64,000 nucleotides of DNA from Candidatus Bipolaricaulota bacterium (GCA_035528115.1 DATKZF010000003.1:359089-423088), one strand, 5' to 3'. Counted from the stretch's first letter, positions 49,917-60,216 are shown. The notes: a model not told the origin generated them from the letters alone. Translations and numbers: made by a program.

Positions 49917-50873
49917 ATGTCAAATAAAACGGAAATAGAAAAACTTATCCAAGAGTTTTTGGAAGATCTCGAAGTCACTTATAATCGTTCGCTTAGAACC
50001 GTGAATAATTATCATTTTTATTTATCTCGCTTTGCGGGGTATTTGTCCGGAAAAAACATAAAAGTTCCCGGCGGCATTACCCTGGATGATGTCAGGCAAT
50101 ATCGACTGTGGCTTAATCGTCTTCAAAGCAACAAAAAAGAGTTTTTGAAATCGAATACGCAAAATTATCATTTGATCGCGGTGCGCGCCTGGTTGAAGTA
50201 TTTGGCAAAAAGAGACATCAAGGCCTTGGCCGCTGAAAAAATAGATTTGGCCAGAGTGCCGGAGCGTTCCGTGGAATTCCTGGACGGCTCGGATTTGGAA
50301 AGATTGCTGGAAGCACCTTTGACTTCCAAAAACCCGGGGATTATTAAAAAACGCGACAAAGCCATTTTGGAAACATTTTTCAGCACGGGCTTGCGCGTGT
50401 CCGAATTGGCCAATTTGAAAATAGATTCCATTAATTTGAAAAAAGACGAATTCACGGTTCGCGGCAAAGGCGACAAGCCGCGCATAGTTTTTTTATCGAA
50501 TCAATCTCGCCACTGGCTGTCGGAATATTTGAAAATGAGAAAGGATTCCAATCCTTTTCTTTTTATTTCACATGATCGAGCGGCCAAGGGACGAAAAACC
50601 GTGAACGACGCCGGTTTGACGCCGAGAAGCATCCAGCGATTGGTGGAGCGTTATTCGAAAGCCGCGGGGTTGACCAAAAAAGTCACTCCGCATACCATGC
50701 GGCACAGCTATGCCACGGATTTATTGATGAATGGGGCCGATATTAGAAGCGTTCAATCCATGCTGGGGCATTCTTCCATCACCACTACGCAGATTTACAC
50801 GCACATTACCAATCAGCAGTTGCATGACGTGCATAAGGCGTTTCATGGCAGGAGTCGTCGGAAGAAGTCATGA
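49917..50873 (+). CDS. XerC/XerD-like tyrosine recombinase
   Basis: GLRVSEL, RGKG.K.R, HTMRHSYAT, LGH, TTQIY. Confidence 0.92.
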   Translation: MSNKTEIEKLIQEFLEDLEVTYNRSLRTVNNYHFYLSRFAGYLSGKNIKVPGGITLDDVRQYRLWLNRLQSNKKEFLKSNTQNYHLIAVRAWLKYLAKRDIKALAAEKIDLARVPERSVEFLDGSDLERLLEAPLTSKNPGIIKKRDKAILETFFSTGLRVSELANLKIDSINLKKDEFTVRGKGDKPRIVFLSNQSRHWLSEYLKMRKDSNPFLFISHDRAAKGRKTVNDAGLTPRSIQRLVERYSKAAGLTKKVTPHTMRHSYATDLLMNGADIRSVQSMLGHSSITTTQIYTHITNQQLHDVHKAFHGRSRRKKS

Positions 50874-51066
50874 ATCACGTATCATGTAACACACAACACA
50901 TAACATGAAACATGAATCATGGAGCACGTATCACATATCACGTATCATGAAGCATGCCTGCTCCTCGAGTCTTAGCGACGAGATAGCATGCTCCGAGTCG
51001 AAGACCGGCAGGCAGGCGTAACAAATAACCTGAAAGCTTCATAAAATCTTGTAATTCGTAACAGTG
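50872..51066. repeat. Composite repeat: heptamer tract + hairpin element + TTGTAATTCGTAAC units
   Basis: CACGTAT/CATGAAT-like 7-mers, then reverse TCTTCGACTC element, then cluster-type units. Confidence 0.75.
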
Positions 51067-51152
51067 TAACAATGAGGCAATTTTCTTCTCCAATCCCAGT
51101 TTCAATTTACCCATTACTTTTTTCTAGTTACTGATCACTTATTATTCCAAAT

Positions 51153-52310
51153 ATGAAAATACTATACTTAATAACTCAATCAACTTGGGGCGGCGCGCAA
51201 CGTTATGTTTATGATTTGGCTGTCGGTATGAATAAAGAATTTGAGGTGGCTGTCGCCTGCGGCGGTGATGGCGGGCTGATCAAAGAACTGGCAAGAAAAA
51301 AAATAAAAGTGATTCCGTTGAAATATCTGAAAAGAGATATTTTATTTTTGTCAGACATCAGATCCTATTTTGAAATAAAAAAATTGATTAAAGAGGAACG
51401 GCCGGATATTTTGCACGTCAACAGCAGCAAGGCCGGGTTTTTGGGAGGTTTGGCCGCTCGATCTTTCCCCAAAACAAAAGTGGTTTACACTGTGCACGGC
51501 TCGGTTTTTACCGCGGCATTCAATATTTTTTATCGTTGGTTATTTAAAATAATCGAGAAAACGACTTCAAAACACAAGGATTCCATTATTTTGGTCTCCA
51601 ACCATGACCGTTCGCTGTGGCTCGAAAACAAAATTTGCGAATCCGAAAAATTATTTGTGATACATAATGGCATTGACGTCGCGCTTGAAGAATTATTTTT
51701 GCCCAAAGAGCGGGCGCTGGCCGCGCTGTTGCCGGCTGAAAAGGAGATTAATCTTAAAATTATAGGTTGCATTGCCAATTTTTATGCTGAAAAAAACCTG
51801 CTCTCGTTTTTATCGGTTTTCAAGGAGGTTTCAAAAGAGGTTTCGAAATGTCGGTTGATTTTAATAGGCGACGGTCCGCTTCGTCGGGAAATAAAAAAAT
51901 ACGTTCGCGAGAATGATTTATCTGAAAAAGTAATTTTACCCGGATTTATAAAAAACGCTTGGCTGTATTTAAAGGCTTTTGATTTGTTTGTCTTGCCGTC
52001 AAAAAAAGAAGGCTTCCCATACACGATTTTGGAAGCCTTGTTGGCAAAGGTGCCGGTGGTGGCCAGCAGGGTCGGAGGAATCCCTGAAATCATCGGCGAC
52101 GAAAGCACCGGCCTGCTTTTTGACAGCGCCGACTCGCGGCAGTTGGCGGAAAAGATGCTAATATTATTGAAAGACGAAGTTTTTGTCGCGCAGTTGGTGG
52201 GAAATGGCATTAAGAAGGTCAAAGAATCATTTAACCTCACTGGCTTTTTGGATCAAACGAAAAAGATTTATCTGTCTTCATTGTTAGCGGCGTCCGATGA
52301 GGAGAAGTAG
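51153..52310 (+). CDS. Glycosyltransferase family 4
   Basis: GGAQ, H.NSSKAG, EGFPYTILEA. Confidence 0.92.
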   Translation: MKILYLITQSTWGGAQRYVYDLAVGMNKEFEVAVACGGDGGLIKELARKKIKVIPLKYLKRDILFLSDIRSYFEIKKLIKEERPDILHVNSSKAGFLGGLAARSFPKTKVVYTVHGSVFTAAFNIFYRWLFKIIEKTTSKHKDSIILVSNHDRSLWLENKICESEKLFVIHNGIDVALEELFLPKERALAALLPAEKEINLKIIGCIANFYAEKNLLSFLSVFKEVSKEVSKCRLILIGDGPLRREIKKYVRENDLSEKVILPGFIKNAWLYLKAFDLFVLPSKKEGFPYTILEALLAKVPVVASRVGGIPEIIGDESTGLLFDSADSRQLAEKMLILLKDEVFVAQLVGNGIKKVKESFNLTGFLDQTKKIYLSSLLAASDEEK

Positions 52311-54322
52311 TCGTTCGCCTCGCTTGTCGCGTCTCCGACGGGCTTAACGATATATCGGGGCAATAAGCCCTTTTCCATGGCCAATCGATAATATTCATCA
52401 GCTTCTTGTGGCATGCCCAGACGATCATAGACCAAAGACAATTTATAATATGGCAAAGCGACATTGGGATCTATTTCCGTCGCTTTTTTCATTATTTTAA
52501 TTATTTGATCCTTGTAGGTTTCATCTTGTCCGGATTTTAATCTGCCGAGAACGTTTTCCGCCCATGCCCAGTACAGTTCATGGCGCGTCGGCGCGAGTTC
52601 TATCGCCTTGCCGAAATAAAAATCCGCTTTGCCGAATTCTCCGAAGAGATTATGAATACTGCCCAAACTGATGTAACTGAGATAATTGTCGGGATGTTTT
52701 TTCAAGTCATCATGCAACAAAGTGTAAGCCGAATTCAACGAATTTTGAGCCACTTCCAGATTTTCTTTCGCGAAACGAATGGTATTTCTAATATCCGCGG
52801 CCACCAAACTGGAGGTGAATTGCGCTGACGGCCAGAGTCGATGCGCCTCCTCTCTGTAAAAAAGACCGTTTTCCGTTTTTTGCGCCCGAGTAAAGGCCAT
52901 ATTCGCTCTGATTCTCGGAATGAGAACCAGTATCAAAACCAAAAGAAAAATAATCAGCGGCGCGCCGGCCAAAAGCAATTTTTTTGAAGTCGACAATTTT
53001 TTTTCTTCCACCTCGCTCAAGGAATTTTTGACGAGAGCCGCGGACACCACTTGGCTGAAGATGAAGAAAATAAGGATATAAGTCGAAATAACCGGGTACA
53101 TGAAAAAATATTGAGCGATAAAACCGATGACCGTATACATGCCGATGGCGCCCAGCCATGCTTTTTCTTTGCTTTCGCTTGAAAACAGTTTACACGATAA
53201 ATAGAAAATATAAGACAAAAACGCGACCAAGAAAAGCAGGGCGAAAATGCCGTTCGCGACCAAAATATCCAAAAACACATTGTGAGCTCGATCTATCTTC
53301 GTTTCAGGCAAATCCGTCAGTTTCGGAGGATAATTCCGATCAAAAGCCAGTGACAAGTTATCGTCTCCCCAGCCTGTCAGCGGTCGGGCCAAAAACGCGT
53401 CCCAGGAGCCTTGCCAAAAGTACAGCCGTTGTTTGTTGGACAAATCCTCGGTATTGAAAACGCTTAAGGCTCTTTTGACATAAGGGTTGCCTGTCGCGTC
53501 CGGATGATAAATCGCCAAATATACGAATGATCCGACAAGCACAATGGCTGACAGCAAAAAAATCGTCAGCTTTTTTTTATTGCGGCTGATTTTTATAAAA
53601 TAAAGCAAACCGATTGCCAGACAAGAAATGAACATGGCCGCCCAGGAGCTTCGCGAATTGGTGAAAAGCAAAGTGAACAGTTGCAAAACCAAGGTGGCCA
53701 GTGAAAACATTTTAAGCAAGATGTTTTTGAATTTGAAAACGCCCCACAGACTCAGCGGAATGGTAAACATCATTAAGGCGCTGAGGTGAATGGTGTTGCC
53801 CAAGGTGCCGATGGGCCGCAAATTGACCGAGGCGCTCCAGCTCGAGCCGATTTTGCCGGCATATTGCAACAGTCCGACGACGCATTGAATAAAAGTTGCG
53901 GCAATTATCGTGAATAAATAGATGTTGCGTTTATTGCTTTTAATGGCGTTGAAACATAGTATAAAAAAATACAAAATATAGAAAAGCCAAGTGAAAACGC
54001 CTTCCAATTTGGAATAGTTGCCCCAGAAGCTGGTAAAGGGGTTGGCGCTGAAAATACAAGCGATTATTTTGACCAACAAAAATCCGCCGAGCAAAATAAG
54101 CGGCCATTTGTAATTTTTCCAAAGGAGATATTTCTTTTCCGCGAAAACAATCGCCGCGGCAATCAGCACCAAACAAACCAAGGCGATGAAAGTCGTGGTT
54201 TTCAGCAATCTGAAGCTGTTATAGAGTTTCGAGCTGTAAATCAGCGGCACGATTATTAAAATGCCGATTAGTAAACTGTCCAAAATGATTTGCCAAGGAT
54301 TGGGGCTTTTAATTTTGCTCAT
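52268..54322 (-). CDS. O-antigen ligase family protein with C-terminal TPR
   Basis: GTLGN, SRSSW, RP.TGWG, DRAHN..LD; TPR-like tail. Confidence 0.85.
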   Translation of the reverse strand: MSKIKSPNPWQIILDSLLIGILIIVPLIYSSKLYNSFRLLKTTTFIALVCLVLIAAAIVFAEKKYLLWKNYKWPLILLGGFLLVKIIACIFSANPFTSFWGNYSKLEGVFTWLFYILYFFILCFNAIKSNKRNIYLFTIIAATFIQCVVGLLQYAGKIGSSWSASVNLRPIGTLGNTIHLSALMMFTIPLSLWGVFKFKNILLKMFSLATLVLQLFTLLFTNSRSSWAAMFISCLAIGLLYFIKISRNKKKLTIFLLSAIVLVGSFVYLAIYHPDATGNPYVKRALSVFNTEDLSNKQRLYFWQGSWDAFLARPLTGWGDDNLSLAFDRNYPPKLTDLPETKIDRAHNVFLDILVANGIFALLFLVAFLSYIFYLSCKLFSSESKEKAWLGAIGMYTVIGFIAQYFFMYPVISTYILIFFIFSQVVSAALVKNSLSEVEEKKLSTSKKLLLAGAPLIIFLLVLILVLIPRIRANMAFTRAQKTENGLFYREEAHRLWPSAQFTSSLVAADIRNTIRFAKENLEVAQNSLNSAYTLLHDDLKKHPDNYLSYISLGSIHNLFGEFGKADFYFGKAIELAPTRHELYWAWAENVLGRLKSGQDETYKDQIIKIMKKATEIDPNVALPYYKLSLVYDRLGMPQEADEYYRLAMEKGLLPRYIVKPVGDATSEANDYFSSSDAANNEDR

Positions 54323-56348
54323 ATTGCATGTCAGGGCTCGCACTCTCGCTCGAGCTCGTTGAATTATTTATTTTATTTTCTTCTTTTTTGAAAAATTTTT
54401 CTCGCAGTCCTTTTGACCGGGCGGTTGCTTCATACGCGGCGGCTTTTTCCTTTTCGCCGAGAGCCAAATAAGCCAGCGACAGCTTCAGGTAAGGCATGCC
54501 GACTTCTTCGTCAATCGCGATTGCTTGTTCCAAGACTGAAATCGCGGCGTCATTTTCGTTTTGTTTGAAAAGATATTCCGCGTATTGCCAATAAATATCT
54601 TGCCTGGCCGGAAAGTTTTCAATGGCCAGTTCATACTCGACCCTCGCGGCGTCTTGGTCTTTGGTCAGCGAGAGGGTTTTGGCCAGTAAAAGATAGTTTT
54701 GATAATAATACGGATATTCATCGATTAAGGCAGGAAAAATAATTTTGGCTGGCCCGGCGTATTTATTCATGGATTCAAGGTCGCCTCTTTTTTGGGCGCT
54801 TTCAATGGCGTTGACATACAGCGCGCCGTATTGCTGTCTGTAAAACGGGTGAGGAAAAATTTCAGTCGCCAATTGAAAATGCCTGGACATGTCTTTTTGG
54901 GAAAACAAACCGGCGCTGAGTTCTTTGTTGGCCAGGATAGGTTTTAAGATCACAAAGAACACTAAGGCGACAGAGCCCAGACCCAAAACAAAATACAGAT
55001 TGGAGTTTTTTTTAAGTTTTTCCAAAAGACTCGAGGTTATTGGAGCGCCTTGGGCGCTCGGAGAAAATGAGGCGTTAAAAACCATGGCCAGACTCAAGCA
55101 AATCAAAATTACCGGAGAAATCAAGGCAAACATGAAAAAGAATTGGAGCAGGCAGGCGGCCATCAAATAAATGAACGTCAAACCCAGCCAAGATTTTTCG
55201 GTTTGCTCATTTTTCGACAATTTGATTGACTTTGCAAAAGCGAAAATCAAAACGAACATTAAAAGCAGCCAGGTAGGCGCGCCATTCATGACCAAAACAT
55301 CCAAATGCCAGTTGTGCGCCCGATCAATGTGTGTTTCCGATAAATCGGACAGGGCCGGCGGGTAATTTTTGTCAAAAGCGTAGCCCAAGGAGTCTTGACC
55401 CCAGCCGAAAATCGGGCGTTCCAAGAAAGCGTCAAAGGAGCCGCGCCAAAACAAGAGTCTTTGCTGGTTTGATTCATCCGCCGGGTCAAAAACGCTGAAA
55501 ATCCTTTTTAGGCCGGGTTGTTCGAATCTGTCGAAATATTTGATCCCCATGAAAGTGAATATCGAGATGGCCGCTATGCCGGTGAGCAGCAGCGCCGCGA
55601 ATATTTTTTTATGTCGTTTGTAAAAATAAAAAGTGAAAATGGCGAAGTTGGCGAACAAAAAGGCGATCCATGAACTTCTCGATCCGGAAAGATATAAGGA
55701 AACGGCGGAAAGAACCAGCCCGCAGATAATGAGAATTCTTAAAAAGGTGTTTTTAAAATTCACGAAGCAATAATAGAAAAAAGGGAAGAGCAAAATTATG
55801 TACGCGCTGAAATTGAGCGGGTTGCCCATGGAGGAGATTATTCTGGCTTCCACGTCAGCGGTCCAGTGATTGGCGATCAAGCCGTATCTTTGCATAATCC
55901 CGTAGCCGGACAGGCAAATGGCGGAAAAAACGATGATCAGCGCCAGGGTCTTCCTTTTGCCTTTGGTCCAATCATTGAACAGAGCCGCCAAAAAAAATCC
56001 GATAATGAGTATCCATAACAGAAAGCCTTCCGCTCTGAAATATTCTCCCCAAAAACTGACAAAGGGCTGAGCGCTGAAAAGCCATGACAGAAGATTGAGA
56101 ATAAAAAAAACGCCGGTTAAAATCAAAATGAGTTTGTGTCGGCGCCAATCAAATGATTTTTTTTCCAAAACGCGCATCAGCGAAAAAAATATCGCGGCGA
56201 CCGCCAAAACCATGAACAGCGTGTTTTTTGGCAATCGAAAACTGTTGTATAATTTGGTGGAAAAAAACAGCGGCACGATAAAAACGGTCAGGGCGAAGAC
56301 AATATTTATCGCCCAATCGCAAAGAACTATTTTATTTTCGGTTTTCAT
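54309..56348 (-). CDS. O-antigen ligase family protein with C-terminal TPR (tandem paralogue)
   Basis: LYNSFRL, GNP, SRSSW, DRAHN shared with neighbour. Confidence 0.85.
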   Translation of the reverse strand: MKTENKIVLCDWAINIVFALTVFIVPLFFSTKLYNSFRLPKNTLFMVLAVAAIFFSLMRVLEKKSFDWRRHKLILILTGVFFILNLLSWLFSAQPFVSFWGEYFRAEGFLLWILIIGFFLAALFNDWTKGKRKTLALIIVFSAICLSGYGIMQRYGLIANHWTADVEARIISSMGNPLNFSAYIILLFPFFYYCFVNFKNTFLRILIICGLVLSAVSLYLSGSRSSWIAFLFANFAIFTFYFYKRHKKIFAALLLTGIAAISIFTFMGIKYFDRFEQPGLKRIFSVFDPADESNQQRLLFWRGSFDAFLERPIFGWGQDSLGYAFDKNYPPALSDLSETHIDRAHNWHLDVLVMNGAPTWLLLMFVLIFAFAKSIKLSKNEQTEKSWLGLTFIYLMAACLLQFFFMFALISPVILICLSLAMVFNASFSPSAQGAPITSSLLEKLKKNSNLYFVLGLGSVALVFFVILKPILANKELSAGLFSQKDMSRHFQLATEIFPHPFYRQQYGALYVNAIESAQKRGDLESMNKYAGPAKIIFPALIDEYPYYYQNYLLLAKTLSLTKDQDAARVEYELAIENFPARQDIYWQYAEYLFKQNENDAAISVLEQAIAIDEEVGMPYLKLSLAYLALGEKEKAAAYEATARSKGLREKFFKKEENKINNSTSSSESASPDMQYEQN

Positions 56349-56357
56349 AGGCTCCGA

Positions 56358-57722
56358 TTACCTTCCTTTTGAAAACAAAACGTCATTTAAGGTTTTGATT
56401 ATAATTTTTATGTCGAAAATGAAAGATTTGTGTTTTAGGTAATACAAATCGTAGCGCAGTTTATACTGGTGTTCTTCGAGAGTGGCGCAATAAGGGTAAT
56501 TTATTTGAGCCCAGCCGGTCACGCCCGGTTTTATCAAATGTCGTTGATTGTAAAACGGGATTTGCAATGAGAGTTCCTCGACTATTTGAGGTTGCTCCGG
56601 TCTCGGGCCCACGATGCTGATATCTCCTTTCAAAATATTGATGAATTGGGGGAATTCGTCCAAATGAGTCTTTCTCAAAATTTTTCCGATCGAAGTTATT
56701 CGTTTGTCGTTCGCGCTGGCCAAAAGCTGAGTTTGTTCGTTTGTGTGTTCCATTGTGCGAAATTTGTAAATGTAAAACACTTTATTATTTTGCCCCATTC
56801 GTTGTTGTTTGTAAATGACAGGACCTTTTGAATCCAGCTTGATCGACGCGCCGATGATTAAATAAAGAGGAGTCAAAATAGCCGCGCCGACAATGCCCAC
56901 GGAAAGATCAATCGCTCTTTTGCCGGCCAAATATATTTTTTGACTGGGTTTGAGATTATAAATGAACCATTTTTTATCCAATGTCTCCAATGAAATGGTC
57001 CGATGAAATTTTTCGACAAAGTCGTTCAGTTCATAAAACTCACTGTTTATTTTGGATATATGGGAAAACAGTTGATTGATAATATCGTGCGTTTGCGGGA
57101 ATTCCGCGTCAATGATTATTTTGTCGATGTGATGGGTGTTTATCGCTTCGATCAGATTTTCAACGGGCGGTTCAATGACTTTGGCGAAATCGCAGTCTTG
57201 ATCCATTAAAAATGTGTCGGAATAAATGAAAATCTTTTTTTTCTGCGCGCTCGGCGCGCAAAGATCCTTGAATAATTGGCGAGCTCGTGAACTGCCGCCG
57301 ATAATCAGATAAGTCTCCCCTGTTTTGGAAAGCAAATGAAAAATTACCCAGCGGAAAAGCAACCATAAAATTAAGAATGAGACGGCGAATATCAATAAGA
57401 TGGTTTTCGGAGTTACTTGCGCTTTTATCGGAACCCAATAAAAGAATAAAGTGCTGAAAACGGTCAGAACAACTATGGCCGCCACTTGTTTTTTGAAATA
57501 ATCAAGACGGCCCTGGAATTTATTCAAATGATATAAATCAAAGGTGTAAAATACGGCCAGCCAGATGATTAACAAAAATCCGAATTTGATCAGATTTTCC
57601 ATGAAATATTCATATTCGAAAACAACGCCTTGGCGCACCCAAATGCTGATCAAAAAGGCAATAAAAAACAGGGCGATATCTCCGCCAATTAGAAAGATTT
57701 TTGATTTAAGCAGCGTTTTCAT
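56358..57722 (-). CDS. Polyprenyl glycosylphosphotransferase (WcaJ/WbaP-like)
   Basis: KR.ID, YKFRTM, LDEFPQ, VGPRPE, KPGVTGWAQ, YDLYY. Confidence 0.93.
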   Translation of the reverse strand: MKTLLKSKIFLIGGDIALFFIAFLISIWVRQGVVFEYEYFMENLIKFGFLLIIWLAVFYTFDLYHLNKFQGRLDYFKKQVAAIVVLTVFSTLFFYWVPIKAQVTPKTILLIFAVSFLILWLLFRWVIFHLLSKTGETYLIIGGSSRARQLFKDLCAPSAQKKKIFIYSDTFLMDQDCDFAKVIEPPVENLIEAINTHHIDKIIIDAEFPQTHDIINQLFSHISKINSEFYELNDFVEKFHRTISLETLDKKWFIYNLKPSQKIYLAGKRAIDLSVGIVGAAILTPLYLIIGASIKLDSKGPVIYKQQRMGQNNKVFYIYKFRTMEHTNEQTQLLASANDKRITSIGKILRKTHLDEFPQFINILKGDISIVGPRPEQPQIVEELSLQIPFYNQRHLIKPGVTGWAQINYPYCATLEEHQYKLRYDLYYLKHKSFIFDIKIIIKTLNDVLFSKGR

Positions 57723-58015
57723 AAATTATGCTTAAAGTATAACAGAATAGCGGATAATTTCAATTATTTCAAGTCGTTTAAACTGAAAATAACGCGTTGA
57801 ATGCGTTATTTTCTAAGCCTTCTGGTGTGCTTGGCCAGATGCTTGCCGAGCTTGGTTTTCTTTTTGGCATGAGTTGTTCTGGCCTTGGCCGCACTGTTTT
57901 GTCCCATATTTGATTGTTATTTCTTGATTTGTATATCATACCCTTATTTTTTTGATTTGACAAGCAAAAACAAAAGTCCGGCCGAATCGGCCGGAACTTA
58001 TTGTAAAAACTTTTA

Positions 58016-58216
58016 TTAAGCTTTTGAAACGTTGACCGCTCGAGGACCTTTTTCTGAATCCTCTACTTCAAAGGTCACGGCGTCGCCTTCTCGAAGATCA
58101 TTGAATCCGACTCCAACGAGAGCGGATGAATGAAAGAAAACGTCCTTGTCGGGACTTTCATCGGAAGCGATGAAACCGAATCCTTTGTCAGTCAATCTTT
58201 TGATTGTTCCTGTCAT
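58016..58216 (-). CDS. Cold-shock protein
   Basis: KGFGFI, DVFFH (RNP1/RNP2). Confidence 0.95.
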   Translation of the reverse strand: MTGTIKRLTDKGFGFIASDESPDKDVFFHSSALVGVGFNDLREGDAVTFEVEDSEKGPRAVNVSKA

Positions 58217-58404
58217 AGTAAATTTAAAAGTGAATAAATCTGCAAAAGCCGCCTTTCGCAGAAATTCGACGGGTTTCTACTTGGTAAGGGGAAACTTTTT
58301 GCTCTTACATGATATCACATAATCAAAAAAAAAGCAATAGCTTGATCATTTAAAACAAAAAACGCCATATTAATGGTGCTTTTTGGCTGTTTTTGTGATT
58401 TCTC

Positions 58405-58479
58405 TGGGGTGGCTACTGGGAGTTGAACCCAGGCTAGCGGGACCACAACCCGCTGTTCTACCGTTAAACTATAGCCACC
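58405..58479 (-). tRNA. tRNA-His(GTG)
   Basis: G-1; TTGTGGT loop; ends CCCCA. Confidence 0.9.
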
Positions 58480-58480
58480 A

Positions 58481-58556
58481 TGGCGTCCGCGGCTGGGCTC
58501 GAACCAGCAACCTACAGCTTAGAAGGCTGTTGCTCTATCCATTGAGCTACGCGGAC
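58481..58556 (-). tRNA. tRNA-Arg(TCT)
   Basis: CTTCTAA loop; GTTCGAGC; GCCA. Confidence 0.92.
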
Positions 58557-58619
58557 ATAAATCTGTCGCTATTATAGCAAATTCACGCCCGGGGGTCAAT
58601 ATTTAAAAAGCGGATTTTG

Positions 58620-58976
58620 TTAAAATCCACTTTTACGATGATATTGTCCTTTTCTTGTCTTGTTTTCCTTGTCCATGGTCGGCAAACTGTACACGGAAAC
58701 GCCGATAAAGGGCTTCATGGAATTAGTTGTTCTGTCGTCGAGTCGTTTCGCTCTGGAAACATTGACTAATAGCTTGCAAATAGCTCTGCTATGGCGCAGT
58801 TTCTTGGCGGTAAGAACAAAGAAATTCTCATCACTTGATGATATTGACCAATCCAATGATTCTGGGTCTTTGAGATATCTTTTGATGTGGGATTGCAGTC
58901 GGGTAATGTCCACATCCCCGTTGCCGTTTCCTCCGTACATCTTTTGTAGGCTCTCGATCACGTCGGAGAGTTTCAT
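58620..58976 (-). CDS. Orphan protein (118 aa)
   Basis: AAAGGAGG SD; TTGCAA promoter-like site upstream. Confidence 0.6.
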   Translation of the reverse strand: MKLSDVIESLQKMYGGNGNGDVDITRLQSHIKRYLKDPESLDWSISSSDENFFVLTAKKLRHSRAICKLLVNVSRAKRLDDRTTNSMKPFIGVSVYSLPTMDKENKTRKGQYHRKSGF

Positions 58977-59185
58977 GAAGCGCGCCTCCTTTGTTTTACT
59001 TTATATAATATGTGTTCAGTTGTATTTTGCAAGTATTTGAAAAATTTTTCGATTATTGATATAATGAATAAAGAGATAGTTTTTGTTGTTATATCTTTTG
59101 CGACCCACGTATTTATTTATTTTTAGCAAAAAATTGAAATAAGCGCGAGCATAACTTGGTGTTTTTGTTAAAAAATGGTATAAAA

Positions 59186-59201
59186 TGTTTCACGTGAAAC
59201 A
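59186..59201. other. parS site
   Basis: TGTTTCACGTGAAACA (perfect consensus). Confidence 0.9.
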
Positions 59202-59253
59202 TTTTCGAATTTGATACGTGATTCATGTTCCGTGTTCCATGATTCATGAAAAC

Positions 59254-59330
59254 GCACCCGTAGCTCAGTTGGATAGAGCGAGACACTCCTAACGTCTAGG
59301 TCGCAGGTTCAATCCCTGCCGGGTGCACCA
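59254..59330 (+). tRNA. tRNA-Arg(CCT)
   Basis: CTCCTAA loop; GTTCAATC; CCA. Confidence 0.88.
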
Positions 59331-59803
59331 TCCTTCGCCAAGGCTTCGGCTGGCAGGCCATCCTTCGCGCTATCGAAGGATGCCCTTTGAAGCTTTAGCG
59401 AAGAAGGGCTTAAATTCAAAAAGTTAGTCGCTATATTTACGCACGCGCTTCGCCTGCCGTCTTCGACTCCCGTTCGGCCATGAGCTCACGGCCAAGTGGC
59501 GAGGTCACTCCCTTCGTTCGAGGGCCTGAGTGGCCCCTCAGGGCCGTCGAAGGCAGACTCGAGGAGCAGGCAGGGATGGCACCGCCATATTCGCGATAGT
59601 AGAGGATGTCCTTTGAGGCTATGCCGAAGAAGATTGTTATTAAATAAATGTGGTCAGCGTGTTCATTTGGGAATAATTCGCAACAAGAGTCCTTATTGTC
59701 TACAATGGTGTGAACTTTTGTCGTAAAAATGATTGAATTTGAGCAATGCAGAATCCCCTGTCTTGGTTGTGAGTATGTAATTACAAATCGAGAATTTAAA
59801 AAA

Positions 59804-59819
59804 TGTTTCAGGTGAAACA
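59804..59819. other. parS site (1 mismatch)
   Basis: TGTTTCAGGTGAAACA. Confidence 0.8.
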
Positions 59820-59917
59820 TTTTTTTTGATGGATGGGAATGTTTGTTTCCAAATTCTTTTTAATCTTGAACTGCTATTTTTTTAAATTCGTTTTATTTAT
59901 TGTTTCACTTCGAAAAA

Positions 59918-59933
59918 TGTTTCACGTGAAACA
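59918..59933. other. parS site
   Basis: TGTTTCACGTGAAACA. Confidence 0.9.
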
Positions 59934-59994
59934 TTGTCTTATCTTTTGCGACGCTTGCGAGTTGTTTTTATCTAAAATTAAACAAAACTTGATG

Positions 59995-60216
59995 CTAAAT
60001 ATTTATTGAAATTAGCTTATTTGAAGTGGTTTTGCCTGATTTTATGAAGATTTGATTTTTTGATACGTCAAAATGTTTTGCCAAAAGCGCGACAAGCCTT
60101 TCGTTTGCCTTACCCTTTTCAGGGATTATCGTTAATTTAGCCTTGAATTCAGTGTCAGATAGGGGAATAAGCTCTTCTTCTTTTGCTCTGGTTATCACTT
60201 TTACTTTTATGATCAT
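59995..60216 (-). CDS. DUF167 (YggU-like) protein
   Basis: PEKGKANE.L..LLA, G.TS..K. Confidence 0.85.
   Translation of the reverse strand: MIIKVKVITRAKEEELIPLSDTEFKAKLTIIPEKGKANERLVALLAKHFDVSKNQIFIKSGKTTSNKLISINI

Noticed and set aside
49917-50873. Prophage integrase
   Set aside because: Host-like composition, Xer-type motifs, core-gene neighbours, and no att repeat or phage genes.
57778-57963. Small CDS downstream of csp
   Set aside because: No recognisable motif or start signals; cannot be supported, though not excluded.
59575-59720. 6S RNA-like long hairpin
   Set aside because: 59585-59630 is a diverged direct copy of the repeat at 59358-59408, and long-range pairing is weak.
59437-59820. 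127-aa ORF
   Set aside because: Starts within a parS site and runs through REP-like repeats.
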